Shown here: in pieces, positions 8,127 through 18,074 of the stretch
Numbering within the stretch: the first letter of the stretch is position 1
Layout of the letters: each line of letters starts with the position of its first letter
NCBI GenBank assembly: GCA_965197745.1
Contig: CBDANS010000007.1
Coordinates: forward strand, 64,001 to 128,000
Source: Opitutales bacterium
GTDB taxonomy: Bacteria; Verrucomicrobiota; Verrucomicrobiia; Opitutales; PNEW01
Direction of reading: 5' to 3'
DNA: 64,000 nucleotides
Notes under the pieces: generated by a model
The model's database searches: none
The model's input: only the letters and a program-made list of their open reading frames with translations
What the model was told of the DNA's origin: nothing
Translations under genes and position numbers: made by a program

Positions 8127-10970
8127 ATGAACGATTTAAAGAGAATCGGTTGGAATCTCGGATTGGTAGAGTGTGCCATTATACTGACCGTGTTAACGTG
8201 CAGTGTTTATGGCGAACAGACGCAGACCATCACCGCCAATCATGCAGGGCAGATTGAAGAGAAGGATTTCGCTTTCACCCTGCTCAAGAAGGAAGACGCC
8301 TCCGGATATGCGAAGCACCTCATGACCGATCTCCCCCCCAGGTTGCAAAAAAAGCCATTCTCAATTCCGGAAGGAAGTGATGCCGCCGACATCTTTTCTC
8401 ACCCGTTGGTTTCGGTCAACAACATCCCATTCCGAATCCCCAATATCAAAGATGTTCCTGAAACAGGGCTTCTGATTGAGGAACAAAAAGCGCTGGAGAT
8501 CGCCCTTCCCAATACCGCCCGGGAACTCTTTCTTCTCATCTGGTCAACAATCCCGCCTTATGATACTGACGGCGGACCATCCAAGCCGCCTATTGCCCCG
8601 ATTAACCAGAGTGAGCGTTTCACTGCAGAAATCGTGTATGAAGACGGCACTAGTGAACAGGTAATCCCTTTCGATGTAGTAAAGAAGAGTTACGGACTGG
8701 ATAACGGACTCAGGCTCTACGTGCTCCATACCGGCTCCGGGAAGGTGCCGCAACGGCTGGCTTTTCACGACAAGGTGTACAAGTGTTCCTTTGCCGTGGT
8801 GGCGCTTACCTGTAACCAGGAGAAACCCATCTGGCCGGAGCCCGGGCCGGGAGAGACTTTCGCCTGGTATCCGGCAGTTGAGAAGAAGTTTCCCGCAGTC
8901 ACCAGGAAGGTGGAAACGAGAGTCAAAAAGAACAGCGCCAGGGTATCAGACGGAATCATCGCTGCGGAATTGAGTCTTACGGATGGCATGCAATGGAACC
9001 GTCTCGGCTCGCCGGTATACGGAGAGGTGCGGCTCGATAAGTCCTCTGTGTTTGCCGTCAGGCATACAGACAACACAGGTGCATACCACTGGATCGGGTC
9101 GGAAAAGTGGAAAGTGGTGAAGAGAGAATCCTCAGATAAGAGGATTCTTGTTAACCTTGAGTATAAAGAGGGCGCTATAGATCTCCAAGGGTCAGTCAAA
9201 CTAGCCCCGGCTGGAGATGGAAAGATAAAGGTGGGCCTTTCCCTGATGAATAAAGGAACCCAGCCCTTTTTAGGGAGGGTCAGGTTCCCGATCCTGGAAG
9301 GTCTCAGGCTTGGTCCGCTTCAGGATACCTGGTATTTCTTACCGGAAACGGGTCGTGCCATGATCAATAACACCGAGGTTAATATCTATCCATCCCATGG
9401 GGCGGAACACCCGCTCCAAGTGGATTCGTTCTTCAATCCAAGGGAATGGTATACGTTGACTCTGTTGAGCAACGACCTGAAAGGGCAGTTCCACTGGTAC
9501 GATGCGGGCAAGAGCGAAGAGGGAGGCTGGTACCGTCTGGAATACCTTGAGAAATTGCTCAAACCCGGTGCTACCTGGAAGTTTCCTGATTGCATTATCG
9601 CCATTTCGCCCGGTGATTGGCGTGAGAGTTTCCGTTTATACCGGGATTGGGTCAGCACCTGGTACAAGCCGAAGCCTCCAGCTCAGGACTGGTACAGAGA
9701 GTCATTTGTTATCGGGACGTGGTACGTTTATTGTGAACTGGATCGTCTGATTGCCGGAGCCCGGAAGATTCGTGATCTCTTCGGATACTGTGATGCCATG
9801 GTCCTCGCTGGGTGGCATGCCCGGGAGCATAAAGACGATCCTACTCATCATCCTGAGTATAAGGTTTTGACTGGTGGTCGAGGTGGTGACTACTTGCATA
9901 GGCATGAGTACTCCGGCGAATATGATCGGGATGCCCTGTTCCCGGTAGGTGGCGCAGAAAATTTCAGGTCCATCATCAATAAGGCCTACGAGGCCGGCAT
10001 TCCCATCAGCCCCTACACCAACGGTATGCTCATCAACGAGAACGCATACCACTTTGGTGCGAAGCGGTCCGAATGGGGTTTGGGATTTGAGTATAGACCT
10101 GTCGACTACGGGAATATGATGGGATATATTTCCTGCCTTTCCCATAAAGAATGGAAGGACTATATGGTGGACTGTGAAAAGTTCCTTGCTCAAGACCTCG
10201 GCGTCAAAATTATCTACCTGGACCAATTTGGAAAGGGTTCCAGAATATGCCAAAGAAAGGACCACCCACACGAATCACCGGAGCCGCACTTCTACGGTGA
10301 ACGCGAACTGACCAGGAGAATCAGGGCGGCTATCCCGGACGACGTGGTAATCTGTTCAGAGTACCAGCCGGAAGATACCCGATTCCAGTTCCAGAATGCT
10401 TATTACCAGAGTGGAATTCTCAGTGAGTTCACAGGGGGGGTAATCGTCCCCATGAACATGACAAGATTTGCCTTTCCCGATACTAAGTGTTTTAACAATA
10501 TCTACAACTATGTCCTAAAAGACAACAACTGGGAGTTACTCAAGTTCCTTCTTTTCAGCGGAGACTCTTTCTTTATGCCGCGGGGCTATGATCCGGAGGC
10601 ATGGTTTGGGAATGAAGCAACCCGGGAATTCAGGAAGCTGTTTCGAATCCTGCACGAAAATGCGGACGCATTCACCTCATCCGACGTCGATCCCCTCATC
10701 CCCACCTTGATACCGGGGACCTTTGTCAATCGGTTCAGGACAGATGAAAAGGTCGTTTGGACGGTGTTTAATGCCAACTATAAAACGGTCAAAGGAAGAC
10801 TGCTTGAGATCACAGGCACGCCGGGTGACAGGTACGTCGATTTGTGGAACGGCGCCCCGATCACCACCAGCACCGAAGGTGGCACCGCCTCGCTCGTGGT
10901 GGAAATCGGTCCAAGGGATGTAGCCTGCATAGCAGAGGGAGTTGGAAAGGGGTCAGGCCCTGCATTCTGA
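8127..10970 (+). CDS. Large secreted putative glycoside hydrolase-like protein (DUF6259-like)
   Basis: Signal-peptide-like N-terminus; GDWRESFRLYRDW, IYLDQFG and CSEY (TIM-barrel GH-like) motifs; RBS AAGGAG. Confidence 0.6.
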   Translation: MNDLKRIGWNLGLVECAIILTVLTCSVYGEQTQTITANHAGQIEEKDFAFTLLKKEDASGYAKHLMTDLPPRLQKKPFSIPEGSDAADIFSHPLVSVNNIPFRIPNIKDVPETGLLIEEQKALEIALPNTARELFLLIWSTIPPYDTDGGPSKPPIAPINQSERFTAEIVYEDGTSEQVIPFDVVKKSYGLDNGLRLYVLHTGSGKVPQRLAFHDKVYKCSFAVVALTCNQEKPIWPEPGPGETFAWYPAVEKKFPAVTRKVETRVKKNSARVSDGIIAAELSLTDGMQWNRLGSPVYGEVRLDKSSVFAVRHTDNTGAYHWIGSEKWKVVKRESSDKRILVNLEYKEGAIDLQGSVKLAPAGDGKIKVGLSLMNKGTQPFLGRVRFPILEGLRLGPLQDTWYFLPETGRAMINNTEVNIYPSHGAEHPLQVDSFFNPREWYTLTLLSNDLKGQFHWYDAGKSEEGGWYRLEYLEKLLKPGATWKFPDCIIAISPGDWRESFRLYRDWVSTWYKPKPPAQDWYRESFVIGTWYVYCELDRLIAGARKIRDLFGYCDAMVLAGWHAREHKDDPTHHPEYKVLTGGRGGDYLHRHEYSGEYDRDALFPVGGAENFRSIINKAYEAGIPISPYTNGMLINENAYHFGAKRSEWGLGFEYRPVDYGNMMGYISCLSHKEWKDYMVDCEKFLAQDLGVKIIYLDQFGKGSRICQRKDHPHESPEPHFYGERELTRRIRAAIPDDVVICSEYQPEDTRFQFQNAYYQSGILSEFTGGVIVPMNMTRFAFPDTKCFNNIYNYVLKDNNWELLKFLLFSGDSFFMPRGYDPEAWFGNEATREFRKLFRILHENADAFTSSDVDPLIPTLIPGTFVNRFRTDEKVVWTVFNANYKTVKGRLLEITGTPGDRYVDLWNGAPITTSTEGGTASLVVEIGPRDVACIAEGVGKGSGPAF

Positions 10971-11045
10971 CATACGATTAAAAATGTCAGTTCCGAGTCT
11001 CACAGTCACGGGACGACATTTCCCAATGCAGAGCCTAACCCCTTT
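10946..11045. repeat. GGGGTCAGG-type inverted-repeat doublet (REP/MITE-like)
   Basis: AAAGGGGTCAGGCCCTGCATT (10946-10966) and AATGCAGAGCCTAACCCCTTT (11025-11045) are 19/21 inverted, with an inner CTGACAT/ATGTCAG hairpin. Confidence 0.8.
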
Positions 11046-11055
11046 TGGATACTCT

Positions 11056-11160
11056 CGCACGTCTTCAGGCGGATAGGTGTAGCGCTGTGGTAAGGTCAGC
11101 CAGGAGTCCCGGGGTTTATTGCTGAACCGCACCGCGGCGTCCGGGCGTTCACTAACCTCG
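11056..11160 (-). pseudogene. 105-bp duplicated fragment of the 3' end of the enolase gene at 13042-14259
   Basis: Matches 13064-13168 with 4 mismatches by eye. Confidence 0.9.
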
Positions 11161-11198
11161 GGCCGCTCTTGGCAACTTGTCGCAGTAATGGGTAAGTT

Positions 11199-12638
11199 TT
11201 ATCCGGAATTGCTGGAGAACTTTTCTCTTTTAAAACAGAGCGCGATCAAAGCGATAATCCAGACAACGAGCATGACAAAGAGAATAGGACCTATCACAAG
11301 CAGGTCGCTTCGAATTGGTGCAACCACGTTAGGCAGCCAAAAGAGCTGCAGACAGGTTTCATAGATTCCATAAATCGTCCATAGAATAACCGGTGACCAT
11401 AACATCCAACGGAGAATTCGATACTTACTCCTGCGACCTTCCCGGAGAGAAAGAGGAAGAAGAATAACGGGAACAATAAATACCAGCCCTGGAATGGATA
11501 TGAGAAGTGCAAGCGAGCTATATATAACATCGAGTAGCATCGCTTTGGATCGAAAGAAGCGAGTTGATTGTAATGCCCGAGGAGTACCAATCTTGACCAG
11601 GGCTTCGGCAGAGATTTTTTGCAAGTAGGAATGCTCAGGTCCATCCTTGATTTCAATCAGGTGGGGAACTGCCTCGTGTGCGTCAGGTCCAATTTTCCCC
11701 AGAGCTTCAATGGAATGAATCTGTAGCGTCAGGTCTTCAAGTCTCTTAATAAGTTCTGGTACCGTATCTTTTGCGCTGCTCCCCATCTCACCTAGTGCAT
11801 ACACGGCATACATACGACGAATCGCATCTTCATTTGAGTGTTCGATTATGCTCAATAGGGCAGGGATAGCCTTTGGCCCAATGTTTCCTAGAGCGCTGGC
11901 ATATATGTGTGGCCGCTTATCTTTATCTGATAACTTCTCAATGAGTGCAGGAATAGCAGCTTCGGCGTCTGCTCCGATTTCTCCAAGTGTCTTTGCCACG
12001 CCCTCACGAATCCTGAAGTTTTCAGTTTCAAGAGCGGTAATGAGATATGGCACTGCCTGAGGACCAATGTTTGCAATCGCCTGAGCAATTTGGCCGGGGT
12101 AAACATGGTACTCCTGTGGGTCATCCAATGCTTGAACCAATTGAGGGAGCGCATCTATCGCTGCTGGTCCAATTTTTCCCAGGGCCAAAGCCCTCGCCCG
12201 ACGTACAGGGTACCCCTTGTTTCCGAGTAACTGAGTTAACTCAGGAACGGCCGGGGCTGCAGCGGGTCCCAACTCACCGAGAGCTTCTGCAATATAGTAT
12301 TTCTCATTTCTCTTACTGAGAATCTCACGCAAGAGTGGAACACTTACGCTATCCGGGCCAATTGCAATCACCGCCCTCGCAGCTAATTCGCCAACCGAGT
12401 CATCACCTTTGCGATCGAGGATTTTCGTTAGGACCGGAATAGCTTGACGCGCTTGAGGTCCGAGTTCAGTGAGCTTCTTCACCGCCGCTCTTCGTTTACT
12501 ATACTCGGCACCCCAAGCCTGTTTCGAGAGTCTTTGGACCTCATCATCGTCTGCATCTACGGTTCCGGTAATAGCCGAGCTGATCAGCACCATCAAGATG
12601 CCAATCCCTATCCATTTATGTCGATTCTTGAGAGCCAT
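11199..12638 (-). CDS. HEAT/PBS-lyase repeat protein with N-terminal signal/TM and C-terminal TM helices
   Basis: Repeated ALGxIGPxAxxAVPxL units; hydrophobic termini. Confidence 0.85.
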   Translation of the reverse strand: MALKNRHKWIGIGILMVLISSAITGTVDADDDEVQRLSKQAWGAEYSKRRAAVKKLTELGPQARQAIPVLTKILDRKGDDSVGELAARAVIAIGPDSVSVPLLREILSKRNEKYYIAEALGELGPAAAPAVPELTQLLGNKGYPVRRARALALGKIGPAAIDALPQLVQALDDPQEYHVYPGQIAQAIANIGPQAVPYLITALETENFRIREGVAKTLGEIGADAEAAIPALIEKLSDKDKRPHIYASALGNIGPKAIPALLSIIEHSNEDAIRRMYAVYALGEMGSSAKDTVPELIKRLEDLTLQIHSIEALGKIGPDAHEAVPHLIEIKDGPEHSYLQKISAEALVKIGTPRALQSTRFFRSKAMLLDVIYSSLALLISIPGLVFIVPVILLPLSLREGRRSKYRILRWMLWSPVILWTIYGIYETCLQLFWLPNVVAPIRSDLLVIGPILFVMLVVWIIALIALCFKREKFSSNSG

Positions 12639-12681
12639 TTTCTAATATTGATGTTATCGGAAAGAAAGCTGGAAAGTAGGC

Positions 12682-13018
12682 AAAGGGGTCATCATTAATA
12701 TATGAATTTAATAAGCTAGAAGGGTGCCAAGACTATTGATATTATTATAAGTATTGGATAACCAGTAACATACAGTATTTCATAAACTTTCTTTTATATG
12801 GGGATTAAAAGTATATGCACACAAATTGTCAGAGTCTTTACATTTTATGTGCATAACCTGAATTAGATTAACCTACAAAACTTACTCTATCTCAACCTTA
12901 CAAAACGCTCATAAAAATCTCGTCAGCGAGCTTCAGCACTCACCAGCACTGAGATGGGGCTGGTAGTAGGCAAAGAGTTCATCCTTCATATTTTAAGATA
13001 GGGCAGATGACCCCTTTT
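12682..13018. repeat. GGGGTCATC-type inverted-repeat cluster
   Basis: AAAGGGGTCATC at 12682, degenerate AAAGAGTTCATCCTTCATATTTTAA at 12972, and GATGACCCCTTTT at 13006-13018. Confidence 0.7.
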
Positions 13019-13041
13019 AATCTCGAACGGCAGACAGATGA

Positions 13042-14259
13042 TCACTCCTGCGAGAATTCTGTGCGCACGTCTTCAGGCGGATAGGTGTAGCGCTGTGGCG
13101 AGGTCAGCCAGGAGTCCCGGGGTTCATTGCTGAATCGCACCGCGGCGTCCGGGCGTTCACTAACCTCGCGCCGGAGTCGCGTGCCCAGTCCCGGCCCTTC
13201 GGGTGCCATCAGAAAACCGTCTATGACCTCAAACATGGGCTCCACGAATTCGTTGTACCAGCCGCGGGCCATCGCCCGGTTGTACTCCATGATCATCACG
13301 TTTGACTGCGACACGCAGATGTGGGCGCAGGCGAACATATTCACGGGGCCGACGCAATCGTGAGGGGCGATCGGGAGCTGGTGCGTCGACGCCAGGATTG
13401 CGATCTTTCGGGTCTCAGAAATGCCGCCGGTCCACGTCAGGTCCGGCATGACGATGCGTGCCGCGCCTGACTCGATGAAACGGCGGTGCTGGTAGCGAGT
13501 CATCAGGCGTTCTGCCACGGCTATCGGCATATTTGTCTCTCGCTGAAGCCGCAAATGCGCGTCTTCGTTCAGCGGTGAAATCAGCTCCTCGTGCCACATT
13601 GGCTTAAGAGGTTCCATTTCCTTTACGATTCGAATCGCATTAGGCAGGTTCCACTTGCCATGCCCGTCGTTGGCAATCTGGATGTCCATCCCCAGCGCAT
13701 CTCTGATTTCTCGAACCGGCTTTAGCGCCCGATCGAGGTCTTCCTTGAATAAGAGTTGGCCATCTGATGTGCGAGCGATGAAATCGGTCGGCGACATCTT
13801 CATTCCTTTGATGCCCTCGTCCAGCAGGTTCTTCGCCACACCGACCGGGTCAAGCCAGACGTCGTGGCCGTCGGTAATGTCGCCATATACACCGAGTGTG
13901 TTGTAGACCCGAATCCGTTGATGAGTGACTCCACCGAGCAACTCGTAGATTGGCAGTTTCAGCGCCTGTCCTTTAATGTCCCAAAGGGCGATGTCCAGCG
14001 CCGATATCGCTCGCATCTCTGCGCCTCCGTAGCCCGCGTGGTCTGATAGTCGGAACATCGTTTGCCAGTGGCCTTCGACCTCGTGAGGGTCTTTGTCAAT
14101 GAGCAGGGGACCGAAGTAATCGTGGATAGCTGCTTCGACGGTCGTAGCGGCATACCAAGTCTCGCCAAGCCCAATTATCCCGGCATCGGTGTGAACCTGG
14201 ACCCAGATGACGTTCGGGAACCGGGCAACGCGGATGGTTTCGATCTGTGTGATCTTCAT
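13042..14259 (-). CDS. Mandelate racemase/galactonate dehydratase-like enolase superfamily protein
   Basis: ALWDIKGQ, DGHGKW, WHEE, AERL, MPD, PHDCVGP and PGLG motifs. Confidence 0.9.
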   Translation of the reverse strand: MKITQIETIRVARFPNVIWVQVHTDAGIIGLGETWYAATTVEAAIHDYFGPLLIDKDPHEVEGHWQTMFRLSDHAGYGGAEMRAISALDIALWDIKGQALKLPIYELLGGVTHQRIRVYNTLGVYGDITDGHDVWLDPVGVAKNLLDEGIKGMKMSPTDFIARTSDGQLLFKEDLDRALKPVREIRDALGMDIQIANDGHGKWNLPNAIRIVKEMEPLKPMWHEELISPLNEDAHLRLQRETNMPIAVAERLMTRYQHRRFIESGAARIVMPDLTWTGGISETRKIAILASTHQLPIAPHDCVGPVNMFACAHICVSQSNVMIMEYNRAMARGWYNEFVEPMFEVIDGFLMAPEGPGLGTRLRREVSERPDAAVRFSNEPRDSWLTSPQRYTYPPEDVRTEFSQE

Positions 14260-15539
14260 GATTGATCACTATCGGACTCGATAATCTGCTGCTTGCGATA
14301 GCGCCAGATATCATGGACCTCGGCCGCCATTTCTTCCGACCACCCATCAGGTGTAGTATAGGCACCCGCTTTAAAGCGCAGCTCTTCGCTGTAGCACTCC
14401 AAATTCTCGTCAGGAAGGCCGACTCGGACGTCCTCGTCACTCATTTTTACGGTGACGTCGGAGCGCTCGAACACCTGCGCTTTAAGGCGGGTGCCTATAC
14501 CGGGTTCCTGGGGGGCATGAAGCCAGCCCTGTTCTATTGGCAGATTAGGTTCAACGAAGTCACTGTACCAACCATGGAAGAAGGGACGGACGTGTTCCAT
14601 GATCATGGCATTTGGAATGCTCATACAGATCTGGGCGCAGGCAAAGATATTCACTGGTCCTGTTGCATCATGAGGTGCCACCGGGACCTGGTGAGCGGAA
14701 GCCATCACGGCAATTTTGTAAACTTCGGATATTCCGCCGGTCCAGATCAGATCAGGCATGACGATTCTGGCGGCACCATTTTCAATGAACTCCCGGAATT
14801 GCCAGCGGCTGAGTAAGCGCTCCGAGATGCAGACAGGTGCTGACGTTGCTTCCTGCAGGCGCAGCAGGGCAGAGGGATTCATCAGTGGCATCAGGTCTTC
14901 CTGCCACATGATGTCGTAAGGCTCCATCGCCTCCGCAATCTGAATCGCCTGTGGCAATGCCCATTTGCCGTGTCCGTCATTGGCAATCATAATGTCATCG
15001 CCTACGGCATCGCGAATATCGCGGATCGGCTTGAGGGCGAAGTCCAGGTCTTTCGGGTGAAGAAGCTGACCGTCTGTGGGGGTTGCGATTGTAATCGTAG
15101 GTCCATGCTTCATGGCGATGATACCGTCGTCGATGAGCTCTTTAGCCAGGTCACCTGCTCCATTGAAAGGACCACCCGTAGCATAGACACGAATTTTCTT
15201 TCGGACGGCACCCCCCAACAGCTCGTATATCGGCACTCCGGCGTGCTGGCCCTTGATATCCCAGAGGGCCATGTCGATTGCCGAAATCGCCCGCATCTCT
15301 GCGCCGCCGTACCCGGCATGGTCTGACAGTTTGAACATGTCAGTCCAGTGCCGTTCCGTGGCAAGCGGATCGCGGCCCACGAGCATGCAACCAAAGTGGT
15401 CGTGAACTGCGCTTTCTATGGTGCTTGCTGCGTAAAAGCTTTCGCCAAGGCCGATCAAGCCAGTATCGGTGTGAACCCGAACCCAGATGATATGAGGCAG
15501 CTCGCTGACGCGCACAGTTTCAAATTTTGTTATCCGCAT
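14256..15539 (-). CDS. Enolase superfamily protein, tandem paralogue of 13042-14259
   Basis: Shares SDHAGYGGAEMRAISA, ANDGHGKW and VMPDLxWTGGISE with its neighbour; ATGA overlap. Confidence 0.9.
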   Translation of the reverse strand: MRITKFETVRVSELPHIIWVRVHTDTGLIGLGESFYAASTIESAVHDHFGCMLVGRDPLATERHWTDMFKLSDHAGYGGAEMRAISAIDMALWDIKGQHAGVPIYELLGGAVRKKIRVYATGGPFNGAGDLAKELIDDGIIAMKHGPTITIATPTDGQLLHPKDLDFALKPIRDIRDAVGDDIMIANDGHGKWALPQAIQIAEAMEPYDIMWQEDLMPLMNPSALLRLQEATSAPVCISERLLSRWQFREFIENGAARIVMPDLIWTGGISEVYKIAVMASAHQVPVAPHDATGPVNIFACAQICMSIPNAMIMEHVRPFFHGWYSDFVEPNLPIEQGWLHAPQEPGIGTRLKAQVFERSDVTVKMSDEDVRVGLPDENLECYSEELRFKAGAYTTPDGWSEEMAAEVHDIWRYRKQQIIESDSDQS

Positions 15540-15638
15540 TTTTTTTTGTCATAAAATTAACTATACTTTTATATATCATAATACACCTCTTTAGAGTAAT
15601 TATAACTATTGATGACCCCTTTGAATTACTCTTTATTT

Positions 15639-16988
15639 TCAGTTTGTATAGGGGACTGTTCCGCTCTCGTCAATGGGGTACCCCCACTTCTCGATGTAAG
15701 CCTTCCCTGGTAAGAACTGATCCATCTGCTCGTCGAGTTTCTTCTGGAGTGCTTCATCCAGTTCGGCTCGGATTTTAACGGAACTGGGATCATGAGCGAG
15801 GTTTAGTAATTGGAACGGATCAGAATCATTATCATAGAGCAGCCACGGACCATTGAGATCACGCACATAGGTGTAGCGCTTTGTGCGAAGCCCGCGGTAC
15901 TCCTTTCCTCCATGTTGTTCAACAGTCCATTCGCCAAAAGTGTGTGGACACGTGAGAAGCGCCGCTCCGTCTGTGGGGTCGATTCCTCCCAATATATGGT
16001 CGGAGAAATCCAGTCCCTCAACCTGGTCGGGAATAGGCAAGGCGCACAAGCTAAGAAGAGTTGGCATGATATCCTGTGCGTCAATCAGGGCGTCGGTTTC
16101 CCGCGGCTGCCAACCTGGAAGGTTTGGGTACTTGAAGAGAAAGGGCACTCGGATGGATTCTTCCCAGGGCCGTTGTTTCCTGATCTGGCCATGGGAACCG
16201 AGCATATCGCCGTGGTCAGATGTGAAGATGACAATCGTGTCTTCAGAAAGGCCACATTCTTCGATAGTGTTCAGAATCCTTCCCATACAGGTATCCAGCG
16301 CTGAGCAGTGAGCGTAGTATCCCGCCAGCCACTCTCGCGCCTGGGGTGCAAGGGTGTCAGGGACATTAGGGCGCAACTGGATCTTATCGGTCTCATAGAG
16401 TCTTCGATATTCTTCTGGTGCTGTCTCGTAGGGATTGTGAGGGGGCCCCCAGGAGAGCATAAGGAAGAAAGGTTTCTTTCCTGTGTGAGAGCGGATGTAC
16501 GATTCCGCATCATGCGTCTGTGCTATAGTGTCGTAGCCATCCCATTCGTGCTTTTCGTCTGAATTACCCGCATAGTAAGAAGAATGATTGTAATCGTGTG
16601 TACACTCGAGCACTTTCCAATAATCAAATCCAAGGCGTCGTTGTGGCGGAATGTACTTGGATCGACCGTGCCCACCCACATGCCATTTACCAATGTAGGC
16701 AGTATCGTATCCCCCACCGGAGAATGACTCGGCAATGCTCGTAGTGTTGATCTGAAGATGAACGTCATTCACGAATATGCCGTGTGTCAACGGGCGCAGA
16801 CCGGTTAATAGACTGGCTCGGTATGGCGAACAAACCGGACATCCGGAAACGGCATTCGTGAAGTTCAAACTATCCGCAGCGAAGGCATCAAGATTCGGTG
16901 TCTTGACGTTCGGATCACCGGCATATCCGGTTGCTTGTTGTCTCCACTGATCACCGAAGACAAACACTATGTTTGGTTTTTTATTCAT
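15639..16988 (-). CDS. Cys-type sulfatase (S1 family)
   Basis: KPNIVF, CSPYRASLLTG (CxPxR), GKWH, PPHNPY and TSDHG motifs; start reassigned to MNKKPN. Confidence 0.93.
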   Translation of the reverse strand: MNKKPNIVFVFGDQWRQQATGYAGDPNVKTPNLDAFAADSLNFTNAVSGCPVCSPYRASLLTGLRPLTHGIFVNDVHLQINTTSIAESFSGGGYDTAYIGKWHVGGHGRSKYIPPQRRLGFDYWKVLECTHDYNHSSYYAGNSDEKHEWDGYDTIAQTHDAESYIRSHTGKKPFFLMLSWGPPHNPYETAPEEYRRLYETDKIQLRPNVPDTLAPQAREWLAGYYAHCSALDTCMGRILNTIEECGLSEDTIVIFTSDHGDMLGSHGQIRKQRPWEESIRVPFLFKYPNLPGWQPRETDALIDAQDIMPTLLSLCALPIPDQVEGLDFSDHILGGIDPTDGAALLTCPHTFGEWTVEQHGGKEYRGLRTKRYTYVRDLNGPWLLYDNDSDPFQLLNLAHDPSSVKIRAELDEALQKKLDEQMDQFLPGKAYIEKWGYPIDESGTVPYTN

Positions 16989-17097
16989 TCTGCCTTCTGC
17001 GAACAAGTGGTTCTAAAGTTCTGGATATTTGCTATGGGAATATTGTTGTCAATGCAGGGGGGGGGCAGGGTGATGTCGATCTTTTTACTTCACCCAA

Positions 17098-17760
17098 TCA
17101 GATTCTCCGCAAGGCATCACTCAAGTCTAATTCGCGAAATGTTTGACACAGGGTACCGGTGGCCATTCGTTCCTGCCATCGTCCGCGTTGCTCCCGCACT
17201 GCATCGTCGGCAGGTATGGAGTCGAGAACGGCTATTGCAAAGTCGCGGAGTAGATGACTCTGACACTCTATGACAAGATCGGATGACGCCGTAGTACCGG
17301 TTTCGGAGTATGCAAAGCAGCGCTTGACATTGCGTCTGGCGCTTTCCCATTCAACGGGTGCAATCGTTATCTCGCCTACGTCGTTGTCTGGAACCAGTAG
17401 GACGGTCACACCCCGACCGGTAATGGCCTCTACTGTCTGCTGTGCATCGGGGGGAACATGGACATTCTTATGGTAAGGCCAGATATCAAACATGCCATAG
17501 TCGGCACACGGGCTTACACGCTGAAAGGTGAAGAAATCCGGGTAGGCAAAGAACTCCGATCCTCGCTCGCGATAGCGATCATAGAATGCCGTCACATATG
17601 ACATGATAAGGGTGATGGCGCCAATGCCCTCGAGTCGATGGGGAATGACGATGCCGACACGATCCGTATCCCGAACCGACGAAAAAAAATCAACATGCGG
17701 GATGGCCTTTCCACGCCACGCGATCTTGAAATCTGTGCCTCGGATGCTGCTGCTGTGCAT
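17098..17760 (-). CDS. Hypothetical protein
   Basis: 220-aa ATG-started ORF in the same orientation as its neighbours; no motif I can name. Confidence 0.65.
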   Translation of the reverse strand: MHSSSIRGTDFKIAWRGKAIPHVDFFSSVRDTDRVGIVIPHRLEGIGAITLIMSYVTAFYDRYRERGSEFFAYPDFFTFQRVSPCADYGMFDIWPYHKNVHVPPDAQQTVEAITGRGVTVLLVPDNDVGEITIAPVEWESARRNVKRCFAYSETGTTASSDLVIECQSHLLRDFAIAVLDSIPADDAVREQRGRWQERMATGTLCQTFRELDLSDALRRI

Positions 17761-17811
17761 GGTATGTCAAATAAGTGATCCTAATGTTCTGTATATTCAA
17801 GAGTATTAGCA

Positions 17812-18003
17812 GGGGTCATCCTTCATATTTTAATATTTTAAATTTTGGTAGGAAGGATGATTCTACATTCGCTCGACGATAAATGCGACGAATGTTTTTT
17901 GCTAATACTGTCATGACTCACTTTGAAAAAATTAAATGGTGTGCCCTGTTCTTTCGATTCAAAGAAATTGCTATTCATATATTAAAATATGGAGGATGAC
18001 CCC
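17812..18003. mobile_element. MITE/REP-doublet-like element with 25-bp terminal inverted repeats
   Basis: GGGGTCATCCTTCATATTTTAATAT (17812-17836) and ATATTAAAATATGGAGGATGACCCC (17979-18003) are 24/25 inverted; the interior is AT-rich and non-coding. Confidence 0.75.
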
Positions 18004-18074
18004 CTTTTGATTTCGATATGAGTTTACCAACCATGATGGAATATTAGTCATCGATTCACCGCCATGTCGCACTC

